Shown here: one piece after another, positions 36,232-45,393 of the stretch
How positions within the stretch are numbered: the stretch's first letter is position 1
Layout: the number at the start of each line of letters is the position of its first letter
Assembly: GCA_035285325.1 (NCBI GenBank)
Contig: JAYKJB010000120.1
Coordinates: forward strand, 16,429-80,428
Length of the DNA stretch: 64,000 nt
Source: Candidatus Sericytochromatia bacterium
GTDB lineage: Bacteria; Cyanobacteriota; Sericytochromatia; S15B-MN24; JAQBPE01
Direction: 5' to 3'
Program-made: the position numbers and the translations under genes
Notes under the pieces: model-generated
Database searches by the model: none
What the model was told of the DNA's origin: nothing
The model's input: the letters and a program-made list of their open reading frames with translations, nothing else

Positions 36232-39051
36232 ATGCCCCCCACGGTCTTGCCCCTCGCCAGTCTGCTCACCACTCTGGCATTGCTGTGGACGGCTCCAGCC
36301 GCCCACGGGGCCGAGCCACAGAAAGAGGGCTGGCAGGTGTGGCACAGCCCTCACTTCGTGGTGCACTTCCCGCCCGGCCTGACACGCACCGCGCGCCGGG
36401 TGATCACGGCAGCGGAACGGGTTTACCCTCGTCTTCAGCAAGATTTCGAGGTGCCGCCTGGTCCCCCGATTCCGATCATTCTGACCCCGGAAGCCCTGTT
36501 CAATGGCGAGGCGGAACCGCTCAAGGAACGCATCACCCTCGATCCGGGCCTGACCGTGTCATCCGTCGTCGGCACCGAGCGATTCGTGGCGCACGAACTG
36601 GCCCACGTCCTGACCTTTCGCGCCCTCTCGACGGGGGCCCCGCTGAGCAGACTGAATGCCCTGACCGGGCTACCAACCTGGTTCCTGGAGGGTCTGGCCC
36701 AGTTCGAAGCGGAGGCCTGGACCCCAGCCCTGGACCGCATGCTGCGCCTCGCGAGCCTGGAGGGTCGCCTGCTGAGCACCTCGGAGCGACAACATTTCCG
36801 CGTCCTCGGGATGCATGCGGGTGCGGCCGGCTACAACGAGGGGTTTTCGTTGTGTCGCCACCTGTTCGTCAACCCCGAAGGGAGCCAGAGGCGACAGCTG
36901 ATGCGCCTCCTCAAGGAGGGGCGAGGTTCCTTCGAACAGGCCTTGCAACGCTGTTTCGGAAAGTCGTGGCCGGCGCTCGAAAGCCAGTGGCGACAAACCC
37001 TCACGACCCATTATCAGCAGCAGGTGGTGGGCAGGGACGGCACCGTCCCAGGCGCGGTGACCCTGGTGGAAAGCCAGGAGGGAGCCTTCAACGTCCAAGC
37101 CGTGCCCTCGCCGGATGGTCGCCGCCTGGCTTACATGACCAGCGCGCCGCAGCGACGCTGCCTGTATCTGCGCGGGCAGGTGCTGGGGCTGCTTTCCTTG
37201 ATGGTGGCCGACCGTGACGGAAAACATCCCCTGCCGCTCCCGGAGGCCGAGGGACTGGTCAGCCAGTTTGCCTGGGCCCCCGATGGCGATCGCCTGGCCA
37301 CCGTCCAGCTGTCACGCGATGGCGGAAGCAGCCCCAGCTTCGACATCTTCCTGTACGACCTGCCGCACGGGGCGCGAACGCGCCTGACGCGGGGCGAACG
37401 GGTCGAGGCCATCGGTTGGCATCCGACGCACGACGAGTTGCTCTACGTCGCCAACACAGACGGCCGCAACACGCTGCATGCCATCCATCGACGCACCCTG
37501 AAACGACGGCTGTTGCAGGCCGCGCCGGGGGACACCCAGTGGCGGGAGATCCAGGTGTCACCGGATGGCAAACGCCTGGCCATGGTCTCGTTCCAGCCGG
37601 GCGAGAGCGGTCGGCTCGCCTTGCTGCAGCTGAGCCGCGGCCAGGTGCAGTTCGTCAGGGGGAGGCGCGATGACGCGCGCACGCCCCGTTGGCTGCCGGA
37701 TGGACGCCAGCTGATTTACAGTTCGGAGCGAAGTGGCTTCTCCGATCTGTACCTGCGCGATGTCGCGAGCGGGAAGGACCGAGCACTCACTCACAGCTAT
37801 GCCGGCGTGGAGGCACCGGCCATCTCGGCCGACGCCAAGATGGTCTATTTCACGACCTTTGCAGCGCGCGGCAGCCACCTCGCCCGCGTGCCGCTGGCAA
37901 CGCTCCGGGACAGGCTGCCCGGCACGCGCGCTGCCGCCTCGGGGCGCCCCCGGACAAGCCCGGCTGGGCAGCTCGAGGACGAGGCGGAGGAGGCCTCCTG
38001 GGGCTCGCCCCTGGCGGACATCCGCCCTTATCGCGCCACCCTCACGCACGACCTGATGGTGCCCCGAGTCAGCAACGACGAGCGAGGCTATCAGGTCGGG
38101 CTGACCAACTATTACAGCGACATTCTGCGCCGCCACGAAGTGGGCGTCGACGTCGGCTATGGACTGCAGAGTGGGCGATTTGGCTACAGCGCGAGCTACC
38201 AGAATCGAATGGGAGCGACCCCCTGGGAGCTCCGGCTCCAGGACGTGCCTCAGCTCGCCATCGCCCCCGAACTGGGCGGCTCGGGACGTCCCGTTCTCGA
38301 GCATCTCTACCTGCAACGAGACACCGGCGTGTCGCTTCGATTTCAGCAGCGCCTGGGGGGCGGCCGAAGCCTGCAATGGGGAGGGCAGCTGGGCACGCTG
38401 GGCAGCCTGACCCGCCCGACGGCCGGCAGCCCCCTGCCGGAGGCCCCTCTGCACACCCTGAGTGCCACCTGGCAGGAGGAGAATGTGCCAGGCAATCCGG
38501 TGGAGGGGCTGCTGCCCCGAAGGGGCCACCGCCTGGCCCTGAACGGCAGCCTGAGCGACCCCAGCTTCGGCAGCGGCTACCGCTTCCAGCGCTGGCTGTT
38601 TCAGGGCGAACGCTATTTCGGACTCCCGGGTGGGCCGCGCCAGAATCTGGTCTGGCAATGGAATCTGGGACTTCAGAGCGGAGAGGCCCCCCAGCCGTTC
38701 CTGCTCGGTGGCGCGAACACCGCCGGCCCGCTGGCGGCCTTGCGAGGCCACAGCGTCGGCATCCAGAGCGGCCAGCGTCTGGCGGTCTCCTCGCTGGCCT
38801 GGAATGCGCAGCTCGCCAATCATCTCGATGTCAGCCTGGGGGCTTTCTACCTGGACCGGCTCTCGCTCTCGGTATTTTCAGAGCTCGGCAGTGCCTGGCG
38901 CGAGGAGGCACGCCCGCTGGGACTGGGCAGTTCAGGCTTGGAGCTGCGCGGGGAAGGCGTCGTCATGGGCCGCCAGCCGTTCTCCCTGCGGCTCGGGGGG
39001 GCCTACCGCTGGGGACAGGCCGATTGGCCGGCCTTTTACCTCACCTTCTGA
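36232..39051 (+). CDS. Exported Zn-metallopeptidase (MA-like) + TolB/PD40 propeller + Omp85/BamA-like C-terminal barrel
   Basis: Signal peptide; HELAH...WFLEGLAQ; repeated SPDG/WAPDG/WLPDG; LRGH motif and C-terminal FYLTF. Confidence 0.8.
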   Translation: MPPTVLPLASLLTTLALLWTAPAAHGAEPQKEGWQVWHSPHFVVHFPPGLTRTARRVITAAERVYPRLQQDFEVPPGPPIPIILTPEALFNGEAEPLKERITLDPGLTVSSVVGTERFVAHELAHVLTFRALSTGAPLSRLNALTGLPTWFLEGLAQFEAEAWTPALDRMLRLASLEGRLLSTSERQHFRVLGMHAGAAGYNEGFSLCRHLFVNPEGSQRRQLMRLLKEGRGSFEQALQRCFGKSWPALESQWRQTLTTHYQQQVVGRDGTVPGAVTLVESQEGAFNVQAVPSPDGRRLAYMTSAPQRRCLYLRGQVLGLLSLMVADRDGKHPLPLPEAEGLVSQFAWAPDGDRLATVQLSRDGGSSPSFDIFLYDLPHGARTRLTRGERVEAIGWHPTHDELLYVANTDGRNTLHAIHRRTLKRRLLQAAPGDTQWREIQVSPDGKRLAMVSFQPGESGRLALLQLSRGQVQFVRGRRDDARTPRWLPDGRQLIYSSERSGFSDLYLRDVASGKDRALTHSYAGVEAPAISADAKMVYFTTFAARGSHLARVPLATLRDRLPGTRAAASGRPRTSPAGQLEDEAEEASWGSPLADIRPYRATLTHDLMVPRVSNDERGYQVGLTNYYSDILRRHEVGVDVGYGLQSGRFGYSASYQNRMGATPWELRLQDVPQLAIAPELGGSGRPVLEHLYLQRDTGVSLRFQQRLGGGRSLQWGGQLGTLGSLTRPTAGSPLPEAPLHTLSATWQEENVPGNPVEGLLPRRGHRLALNGSLSDPSFGSGYRFQRWLFQGERYFGLPGGPRQNLVWQWNLGLQSGEAPQPFLLGGANTAGPLAALRGHSVGIQSGQRLAVSSLAWNAQLANHLDVSLGAFYLDRLSLSVFSELGSAWREEARPLGLGSSGLELRGEGVVMGRQPFSLRLGGAYRWGQADWPAFYLTF

Positions 39052-39128
39052 TGGGCCGGGGACGACGGGCCCCCACACCCCTGCCAAGCTCTGATACCAT
39101 GAGCCCCCGATTGAGAGGAGGCTCCGCG

Positions 39129-39902
39129 ATGCCGTCCATGGCTTTTTCCGACCTGATGCGCCTGAAGGAACAACTTGGACGCCCCTTGATCATGGGGCAC
39201 CGCGGCGCCATGGGGCACGCCCCGGAAAACACCATGGCCAGCTTTCAGCTTGCGCAACGCATGGGGGTGGAAGCGATTGAACTGGATGTTCATCTCTCCC
39301 GGGATGGCGTGCTGGTGGTGCATCATGACGAAACCTTGGAGCGCACCACAAACGGCCAGGGCGAGCTGTCGGCGCTGACGCTGGCGCAGTTGCAGGAACT
39401 GGACGCCGGCCGTCACTTCTCGAGCGAGTTCGCGGGGGAGCGCATTCCCACCCTGGAAGAGGTGCTGGTCTGGGCCCGCGGCCACGCCCTGCCGGTGGTG
39501 ATCGAATTCAAGCGCAACCTCAACGTGAAGGCGATCGTGCAAGCAGCGATCGCCCTGGTGGAGCGTCTGGAGGCCGGTGACAACGTCGCCTTCATCTCGT
39601 TCGACCACTTCGTCCCGGCCGGCCTGAAGCAGGCACGTCCAGACTGGTGTACCGGTGTGCTCTATGCCGGTCGGCCGATTGACTCCGTGGAACTGGCCCA
39701 CAAGGCGGGGGCCGATGGTCTGCTGCCCAATTTTTATTTCGTGGAAAAGGACATGGTTGAAGCCGCACACGCCGCCGGCAAGTGGGTCGGCTGCTGGGCG
39801 CCCAACACGCCCCGCGAAATGGCCTACGCGCTCTCGCAGGACGTCGACATGATCGGCACCAACTTCCCCGATCGCCTGCACGATTTGCTGAAGCAGGGCT
39901 GA
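39129..39902 (+). CDS. glpQ: Glycerophosphodiester phosphodiesterase
   Basis: GHRGAMGHAPENT, IELDVHLSRDG..VVHHDETLERTT, IPTLEEVL; GAGGAG RBS before ATG 39129. Confidence 0.95.
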   Translation: MPSMAFSDLMRLKEQLGRPLIMGHRGAMGHAPENTMASFQLAQRMGVEAIELDVHLSRDGVLVVHHDETLERTTNGQGELSALTLAQLQELDAGRHFSSEFAGERIPTLEEVLVWARGHALPVVIEFKRNLNVKAIVQAAIALVERLEAGDNVAFISFDHFVPAGLKQARPDWCTGVLYAGRPIDSVELAHKAGADGLLPNFYFVEKDMVEAAHAAGKWVGCWAPNTPREMAYALSQDVDMIGTNFPDRLHDLLKQG

Positions 39903-39906
39903 GCCG

Positions 39907-41346
39907 GTGTCCGCCAAGCCGCCTCGCCACAAGCTCCGCGTCGGGGAGCGCATCACCCTGGAACCAGATTGCCTGGTCGCGGGCGGGGAAGCGCTGGGAC
40001 GACTCGACGGGCTGCCGGTCTTCGTTCCCTTCGCCGTGCCGGGGGATCGCCTGCAGGCCCGGGTCATCAGCACCAAGCCCGATTACGCCCGCGCCCTGAT
40101 CACGACGGTCGAGACGCCAGGGACCGACCGGCAAGACCCGCCCTGCCCGGTCTTCGGCCAGTGTGGCGGGTGCCAGTGGCAGATGCTCGGCCCGGCCGCG
40201 CAGCTGCGCTGGAAAACGCGCCTGGTGGGCGAGGCGCTGCAGCGCACGGGAGGATTCGGCCCGGACACCCTGGTGGCGCCTTGCCTGCCGTCCCCGGAGA
40301 TCTGGCATTACCGCAACAAGGTCCACTGGGCGATCGCCAAGCCCGGCACGCAATGGGAACTCGGGCTTTACGAGGCGCGCAGCCATTCCGTCGTGATGAC
40401 CTCCGCCTGCGCCATTCAGCATCCCCGTCTCAATGCCGTCCAGCAGGCTCTCAAGGAAGTCTTGCCGATGCTCGACCTGAGCCCCTACGACGAGCGACGC
40501 GGCACGGGCTTTTTGCGTTCCGCCTTTGCCAAGGTCGGGCACCGCACCGGCGCGCTCATGGTCGGCCTGGTGACCCGCGAAGCCGCCTTTCCCCAGGGGC
40601 CGGCCCTGGTGGCTGCGCTACGCGAGCGCCTGCCAGACGTCCACAGCATCGTGCAGAATGTCCATCCGGGCGTTGGGAACAAGTTGCTCGGGCCGCGCAA
40701 TCTGGTGCTCGACGGGGCCGAGGCCATCGAGGAAACGCTGGCCGTCAGCCCGGAGAGGGCCCCTTTGCGTCTGTCCATCTCGCCCTTGGCCTTCTTCCAG
40801 GTCAATGGCGCTGCGGTCGAAGTGCTGTATGACCAGGTGGCCCGCGCGTGCGGGCTTCCGCCGGAGCCGTCGGCCCAGCGTGTCCCCTCGCTGATCGTGG
40901 ATGCCTACAGCGGGACCGGGGCGATCGCGATGTTTCTGGCGGCGCGCGGCGCGCCGCGGGTGGTGGGCATCGAAGTGGTGGCGGAAGCCACGCGGGACGC
41001 CGAACGAGGCGCCAGCAACAACGGTCTGACCGAGCGCTGTCGCTTCAAGACCGGCAAGGTGGAGGACCTGCTGGCGGGTGTGCTGGCCGCCGCCCCGGGC
41101 GATACCCTGGTGGTCCTCGACCCGCCGAGGAAAGGCTGCGAAGAGAGCGTTCTCCAGTGCCTGCTGCAGGCCCGCCCCAGCGTGATCGTGTACGTCTCGT
41201 GTCATCCCGTCACGCTCGCGCGCGACCTCAAGCGATTGGCTGCCGGCGGCTACGTGCTCGAAAGCGTCCAACCGGTCGACATGTTTCCCCAGACGGCCCA
41301 CGTGGAATGCGTGGTGCGCTTGCGCGCGGTCGATGCCCCGGTATGA
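39907..41346 (+). CDS. rlmD: 23S rRNA (uracil1939-C5)-methyltransferase
   Basis: TRAM domain, CPVFGQCGGCQW, YRNK, DAYSGTG, DPPRKG, DMFPQTAHVE. Confidence 0.95.
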   Translation: MSAKPPRHKLRVGERITLEPDCLVAGGEALGRLDGLPVFVPFAVPGDRLQARVISTKPDYARALITTVETPGTDRQDPPCPVFGQCGGCQWQMLGPAAQLRWKTRLVGEALQRTGGFGPDTLVAPCLPSPEIWHYRNKVHWAIAKPGTQWELGLYEARSHSVVMTSACAIQHPRLNAVQQALKEVLPMLDLSPYDERRGTGFLRSAFAKVGHRTGALMVGLVTREAAFPQGPALVAALRERLPDVHSIVQNVHPGVGNKLLGPRNLVLDGAEAIEETLAVSPERAPLRLSISPLAFFQVNGAAVEVLYDQVARACGLPPEPSAQRVPSLIVDAYSGTGAIAMFLAARGAPRVVGIEVVAEATRDAERGASNNGLTERCRFKTGKVEDLLAGVLAAAPGDTLVVLDPPRKGCEESVLQCLLQARPSVIVYVSCHPVTLARDLKRLAAGGYVLESVQPVDMFPQTAHVECVVRLRAVDAPV

Positions 41347-41404
41347 CCTGCCCGTCCATCGGGTATGTAGGTCTTGGATCCAGTCGCTGGTTAGGAGGCC
41401 CCCG

Positions 41405-41620
41405 ATGCCTGCACCGCGAAAAGGCCCGCAACGCACCCCAGCGGTGCCAGAACCGAGCCGCCGGTCACCGCCCGTGGGCAGGCCTCAGGCCGGTCGCCCT
41501 CGTGACACGGCCCCTGGCGAACTGACACCGGATCAGGTGCGGCGCGCCTGGTCACTGCAACATCCCGAACGGCCGGAGGTCGCCTCGGCGCTCGAACGCC
41601 TCTACCGTCGTCGCTTCTGA
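41405..41620 (+). CDS. Small hypothetical protein (71 aa)
   Basis: AGGAGG RBS 6 nt before ATG 41405; fills an otherwise empty gap. Confidence 0.5.
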   Translation: MPAPRKGPQRTPAVPEPSRRSPPVGRPQAGRPRDTAPGELTPDQVRRAWSLQHPERPEVASALERLYRRRF

Positions 41621-41695
41621 GCGCCCGGACCAGCCAAACGCTGACCTGACGTGGCTGAAGGCGCGGTAGGACTGCGGGCGAGTGTCCGGGCTGGC

Positions 41696-42028
41696 TCAAG
41701 GCCGACGCCGGCTGTCCCCACCGGGCCAGAGCGCCTCCCGCAGACGTGCCAGGCCGCTTTGCCCCTGGACGCGGATCTCCACCAAACCCAGCGTATAGAG
41801 GGCCTCATCACGCACATACTGATGTAGCAGGCGGCGCACGGCGCCCACCGACTGCCCGACCTGGGAGAAGCGATGTACCGAATGCGATCGGCCGTCGATC
41901 ACGATCTGAGCGATGATCACGTTGTCCCCCACCTCTGCGACTGGCCCCATTTGTAAATTATTGTAAACCCAGCGATCCTCCTCCGCAAGCACCGCGCGCA
42001 GCGGGGAGCACGTCAGGCTACGGGGCAA
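41696..42028 (-). CDS. Hypothetical protein
   Basis: TTG start 2 nt after the HD-GYP stop; globular-looking composition. Confidence 0.55.
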   Translation of the reverse strand: MPRSLTCSPLRAVLAEEDRWVYNNLQMGPVAEVGDNVIIAQIVIDGRSHSVHRFSQVGQSVGAVRRLLHQYVRDEALYTLGLVEIRVQGQSGLARLREALWPGGDSRRRP

Positions 42029-42030
42029 GG

Positions 42031-42783
42031 TCAGGACGGGAGGTCCGAGCGAACCGAGCTGGAAACCTCCTGCAGGAGGTAGTGCGGCAACACGTAATCG
42101 ACGAACAGGGGAACCAGATGGGGGTCGTACATCACCCCACTGAAGCGGATCAGTTCAGCCGACACCTCGTCGGGAATCAGCGCCGGCCGATAGGGACGGT
42201 CTTGCAACATGGCTTCCGCACTGTCGGCAATGCGCAGAATTCGGGCGGGCAGCGGAATTTCCTCGCCGGCCAGGCCATCGGGATAACCCAGGCCATCCCA
42301 GCGTTCGTGCGAGGCGCGCACCCAACCGGCCAGCTCCGGATCCTTCGTCAATTCCAGGGCCTTGGCGGCCCCGCGAACGGGATGACGCCAGATCGGGCCC
42401 ATGTCGGCCTGAGGCAGCACGGACGAGCGCGCCAGCAACTCCGCAGGCACCTCCATCATGCCGATGTCATGCAACAAACCGGCCTGGTGAATCCGCGCGC
42501 GAAGCTCTGCCGGCAGCCCAGCGGCGCCAGCCAGCGCGGACGCCAGCCGCGCCACGCGCCCGGCGTGACCAGGCACGTAGCGCTCGTGCGCGTCGGACTG
42601 CGCGATCAGGTCCGCCATGTCGATCGCGCGGTGGGGCTTGGTGCCCCCCTTGCGCGGGGCCGGGGCCGCGCGAGGCGCCTCACCCGGGGCCTGGGCCGGC
42701 AACAGGTAATAGACCAGCACCAGGATGGCACCGAACAGGAACAGGTAGCCGAGCAGCTGCACGAAATCTGACAGGCTGGTCAC
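42031..42783 (-). CDS. HD-GYP domain phosphodiesterase with an N-terminal TM helix
   Basis: H..RVA, LLHDIG, HP..GA, HERWDG.GYPDGL, ARIL..AD...AM...RPYR. Confidence 0.92.
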   Translation of the reverse strand: MTSLSDFVQLLGYLFLFGAILVLVYYLLPAQAPGEAPRAAPAPRKGGTKPHRAIDMADLIAQSDAHERYVPGHAGRVARLASALAGAAGLPAELRARIHQAGLLHDIGMMEVPAELLARSSVLPQADMGPIWRHPVRGAAKALELTKDPELAGWVRASHERWDGLGYPDGLAGEEIPLPARILRIADSAEAMLQDRPYRPALIPDEVSAELIRFSGVMYDPHLVPLFVDYVLPHYLLQEVSSSVRSDLPS

Positions 42784-42796
42784 GGATGCCTCGCTG

Positions 42797-42832
42797 GAAA
42801 ACGCGGCCCGGACCCCACGAGGGGCCCGGGCC
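42797..42832 (-). terminator. Probable intrinsic terminator after hppA
   Basis: GGCCCGG-CCCC / GGGG-CCGGGCC stem followed on the minus strand by GCGTTTT. Confidence 0.55.
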
Positions 42833-42896
42833 GGCGTGTGACGGGAAGCGGATGGGCTGTCTCCCCGAACGGAGAGACGGCCCGGTCAGCCGGGAC

Positions 42897-45203
42897 TCAG
42901 TGCGAGGCCTCGGGCGACGGCGCAGCCGGAGAGGCCGCCCCTTCCGCAGGCGCCGACGTTTCAGCCGAGGCGGCCGGCGAAGCGGGGGCCTCGGAGGGCG
43001 CTGCCGCCGGAGCTTCCGCCGAGGCAGGAGCGACCGGCGACTCGATCACGGCGGCCGGAGACTCGACGGGAGCCGCGGAGGCCTCCGGCGACGCTGCCGG
43101 GCTCACGATGGCGTGAGGCGCCGCCAGGGCAGGCCCGATCGACTTGGGCGCCGTGTGAATCGCGAGCATGTAGGGGATGACCAGCAGGGCCACGATGTTC
43201 AGGATCTTGATCATCGGGTTCAAGGAAGGACCCGCGGTGTCCTTGAAGGGGTCACCCACGGTGTCGCCGACCACGGCGGCGGCGTGCGCCGGCGTGCCCT
43301 TGGCACCCTTGATCTCGATCAGCTTCTTACCGTTGTCCCACGCGGCACCGCCGGTGGTCATCAGCAGGGCCAGCATCAGACCGGTGATGATGGCACCGAC
43401 CAGCAGGCCGCCCAGTGCGATGGGGCCGAGCACCAGGCCCACGACCAGCGGAATCGCCACCGCCAGGGCACCCGGCAGGAACATTTCCTTGATCGCGGCT
43501 TCGGTGACGATCGCGACGCAGCGGTCGTACTGAGGCTTGTTCTTGCCTTCGAGGATGCCGAGTTCCCGGAACTGACGGCGCACCTCGGTGATGACCGACT
43601 GCGCGGCCTTCGACACGGCCGTCATGAAGATGGAGCCGAAGTAGAAGGGCAGCACGCCGCCGATGAACAGACCCGCGATCACCTGAGGATCGGAGAGGCT
43701 GAAGGTGATGAATTCAGCCGAACCGCCGGCCTTTTCACTCATGAACTTGTGGAGGTCTTGGGTGTAAGAGGCGAACAGCACCAGGGCAGCCAGACCGGCG
43801 GAGCCGATGGCGTAACCCTTGGTCACGGCCTTGGTCGTGTTGCCGACGGCGTCGAGCGCGTCGGTGATCTGACGGACCTCGTGGGGGAGTTCGCTCATCT
43901 CGGCGATGCCGCCCGCGTTGTCGGTGATGGGACCGAACGAGTCGATCGCAACCACCATGCCGGCGGTCGAGAGCATCGCCACGGCCGCCACCGCGATGGC
44001 GTAGAGGCCTTCGTTGTAGTTTCCGGCGAAGCCGCCGGCCGCGTAGAACGACCCGATGATGGCCGCAACGATCACCAGCACGGGAGCCAGCGTCGACTCC
44101 ATGCCGACCGCGAGACCCGCGATGATGTTGGTGGCCGCACCGGTTTCGGAGGCCTTGGCGACTTCCTGAACCGGCCGGTATTCCGTGGCCGTGTAGTACT
44201 CGGTGATGACGGTGATGATGACCATGACGGCCAGACCGATCAGCGAGGCCCACAGGTACTGATACGGATTGGTGGGGAACATCTTGAAGGTCAGCCAGAC
44301 GAAGCCGACCAGGGCCACCAGGGCCGTGATGCCGGTGCCCGCGTAGAGGGCGTGCATGATGTTGTTGTTGCGGCCCAGCTTGACGCTGAAGGTGCCGACG
44401 ATCGAGGCCAGGATGGCGATGGCGCCCAGACCGATCGGGTAGAGCACGAACGCTTCGTTGGTCGGGAAGAAGAGGTGGCCGAGCAGCATCGCGGCGATCA
44501 GCGTCACGACGTAGGTCTCGAACAGGTCGGCGCCCATGCCGGCACAGTCACCGACGTTATCGCCCACGTTGTCGGCGATGACGGCCGGGTTACGAGGGTC
44601 GTCCTCAGGGATGCCGGCTTCGACCTTACCCACCAGGTCAGCGCCGACGTCGGCGGCCTTGGTGAAGATGCCGCCGCCCACGCGGGCGAACAGCGAGATC
44701 AGCGAGGCACCGAAGCCCATGCCGATGATCGATTCGACGCTGTGCGTCACGCCATAAAAGGCGGCCACGCCCAGCAAGCCCAGACCCGCGACCGCCAAAC
44801 CCGTCACGGCACCGCCCCGGAAGGCGACCTGCAAGGCAGGCGCAAGGCCCTTCTCAGCCGCGGCGGCCGTGCGCACGTTGGAGCGAACGGAAATGTTCAT
44901 TCCGACGTAACCAGCGGCGGCCGAGAACGCGGCGCCGATGGCGAAGCCGATGGCAGAGGTCCAGCCCAGCGGGGCCTTGCCGGCGAGGCCGATCAGCACG
45001 AACAGCACCGCGCCGACGATGGCAACCCACTTGTACTGGGTGTTGAGGTAGGCCGAGGCCCCCTCCTGGATGGCGGAGGCGATCTCCTTCATCCGCGCGT
45101 TGCCGTCAGGCAAGCGCAAAATCCCCATCGCGAGATAGGCGCTGGTGGCCAGCGTCAGGATAGCGGCGACGACGCTACCCCAAATGATGAAATTTGGATC
45201 CAT
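42897..45203 (-). CDS. hppA: Membrane-bound H+-translocating pyrophosphatase, K+-independent type
   Basis: [40 protein letters not shown] (Lys form), [11 protein letters not shown]. Confidence 0.97.
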   Translation of the reverse strand: MDPNFIIWGSVVAAILTLATSAYLAMGILRLPDGNARMKEIASAIQEGASAYLNTQYKWVAIVGAVLFVLIGLAGKAPLGWTSAIGFAIGAAFSAAAGYVGMNISVRSNVRTAAAAEKGLAPALQVAFRGGAVTGLAVAGLGLLGVAAFYGVTHSVESIIGMGFGASLISLFARVGGGIFTKAADVGADLVGKVEAGIPEDDPRNPAVIADNVGDNVGDCAGMGADLFETYVVTLIAAMLLGHLFFPTNEAFVLYPIGLGAIAILASIVGTFSVKLGRNNNIMHALYAGTGITALVALVGFVWLTFKMFPTNPYQYLWASLIGLAVMVIITVITEYYTATEYRPVQEVAKASETGAATNIIAGLAVGMESTLAPVLVIVAAIIGSFYAAGGFAGNYNEGLYAIAVAAVAMLSTAGMVVAIDSFGPITDNAGGIAEMSELPHEVRQITDALDAVGNTTKAVTKGYAIGSAGLAALVLFASYTQDLHKFMSEKAGGSAEFITFSLSDPQVIAGLFIGGVLPFYFGSIFMTAVSKAAQSVITEVRRQFRELGILEGKNKPQYDRCVAIVTEAAIKEMFLPGALAVAIPLVVGLVLGPIALGGLLVGAIITGLMLALLMTTGGAAWDNGKKLIEIKGAKGTPAHAAAVVGDTVGDPFKDTAGPSLNPMIKILNIVALLVIPYMLAIHTAPKSIGPALAAPHAIVSPAASPEASAAPVESPAAVIESPVAPASAEAPAAAPSEAPASPAASAETSAPAEGAASPAAPSPEASH

Positions 45204-45393
45204 GATGACGATGTACCTACTCCTTGCGTTGCAGAGGCGTGTGGGTTCGGTGCAAGTCCAAGCAACAACCAAACCGACGAACGTTGCAAAAATGAAACCG
45301 TATTTTACCTGCATTTAATACTGCGGGCAACCAAGCCCGTCACGACGGGATCGCCGGCGCTTCCGCGAGCAGGCCTCAAGAGCGACCGGGACC

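Noticed and set aside
37689-39128. Apparent ~480-aa N-terminal extension of GlpQ (737-aa ORF)
   Set aside because: It overlaps the Omp85-like gene in another frame, is low-complexity Arg/Pro/Gly, and a good RBS precedes ATG 39129.
45292-45321. 11-bp phased units upstream of hppA (ATGAAACC / TTTTACCT / TTTAATAC)
   Set aside because: Weak match, and fully explainable by a minus-strand -10 element (GGTAAAAT); not counted in the candidate regulon.
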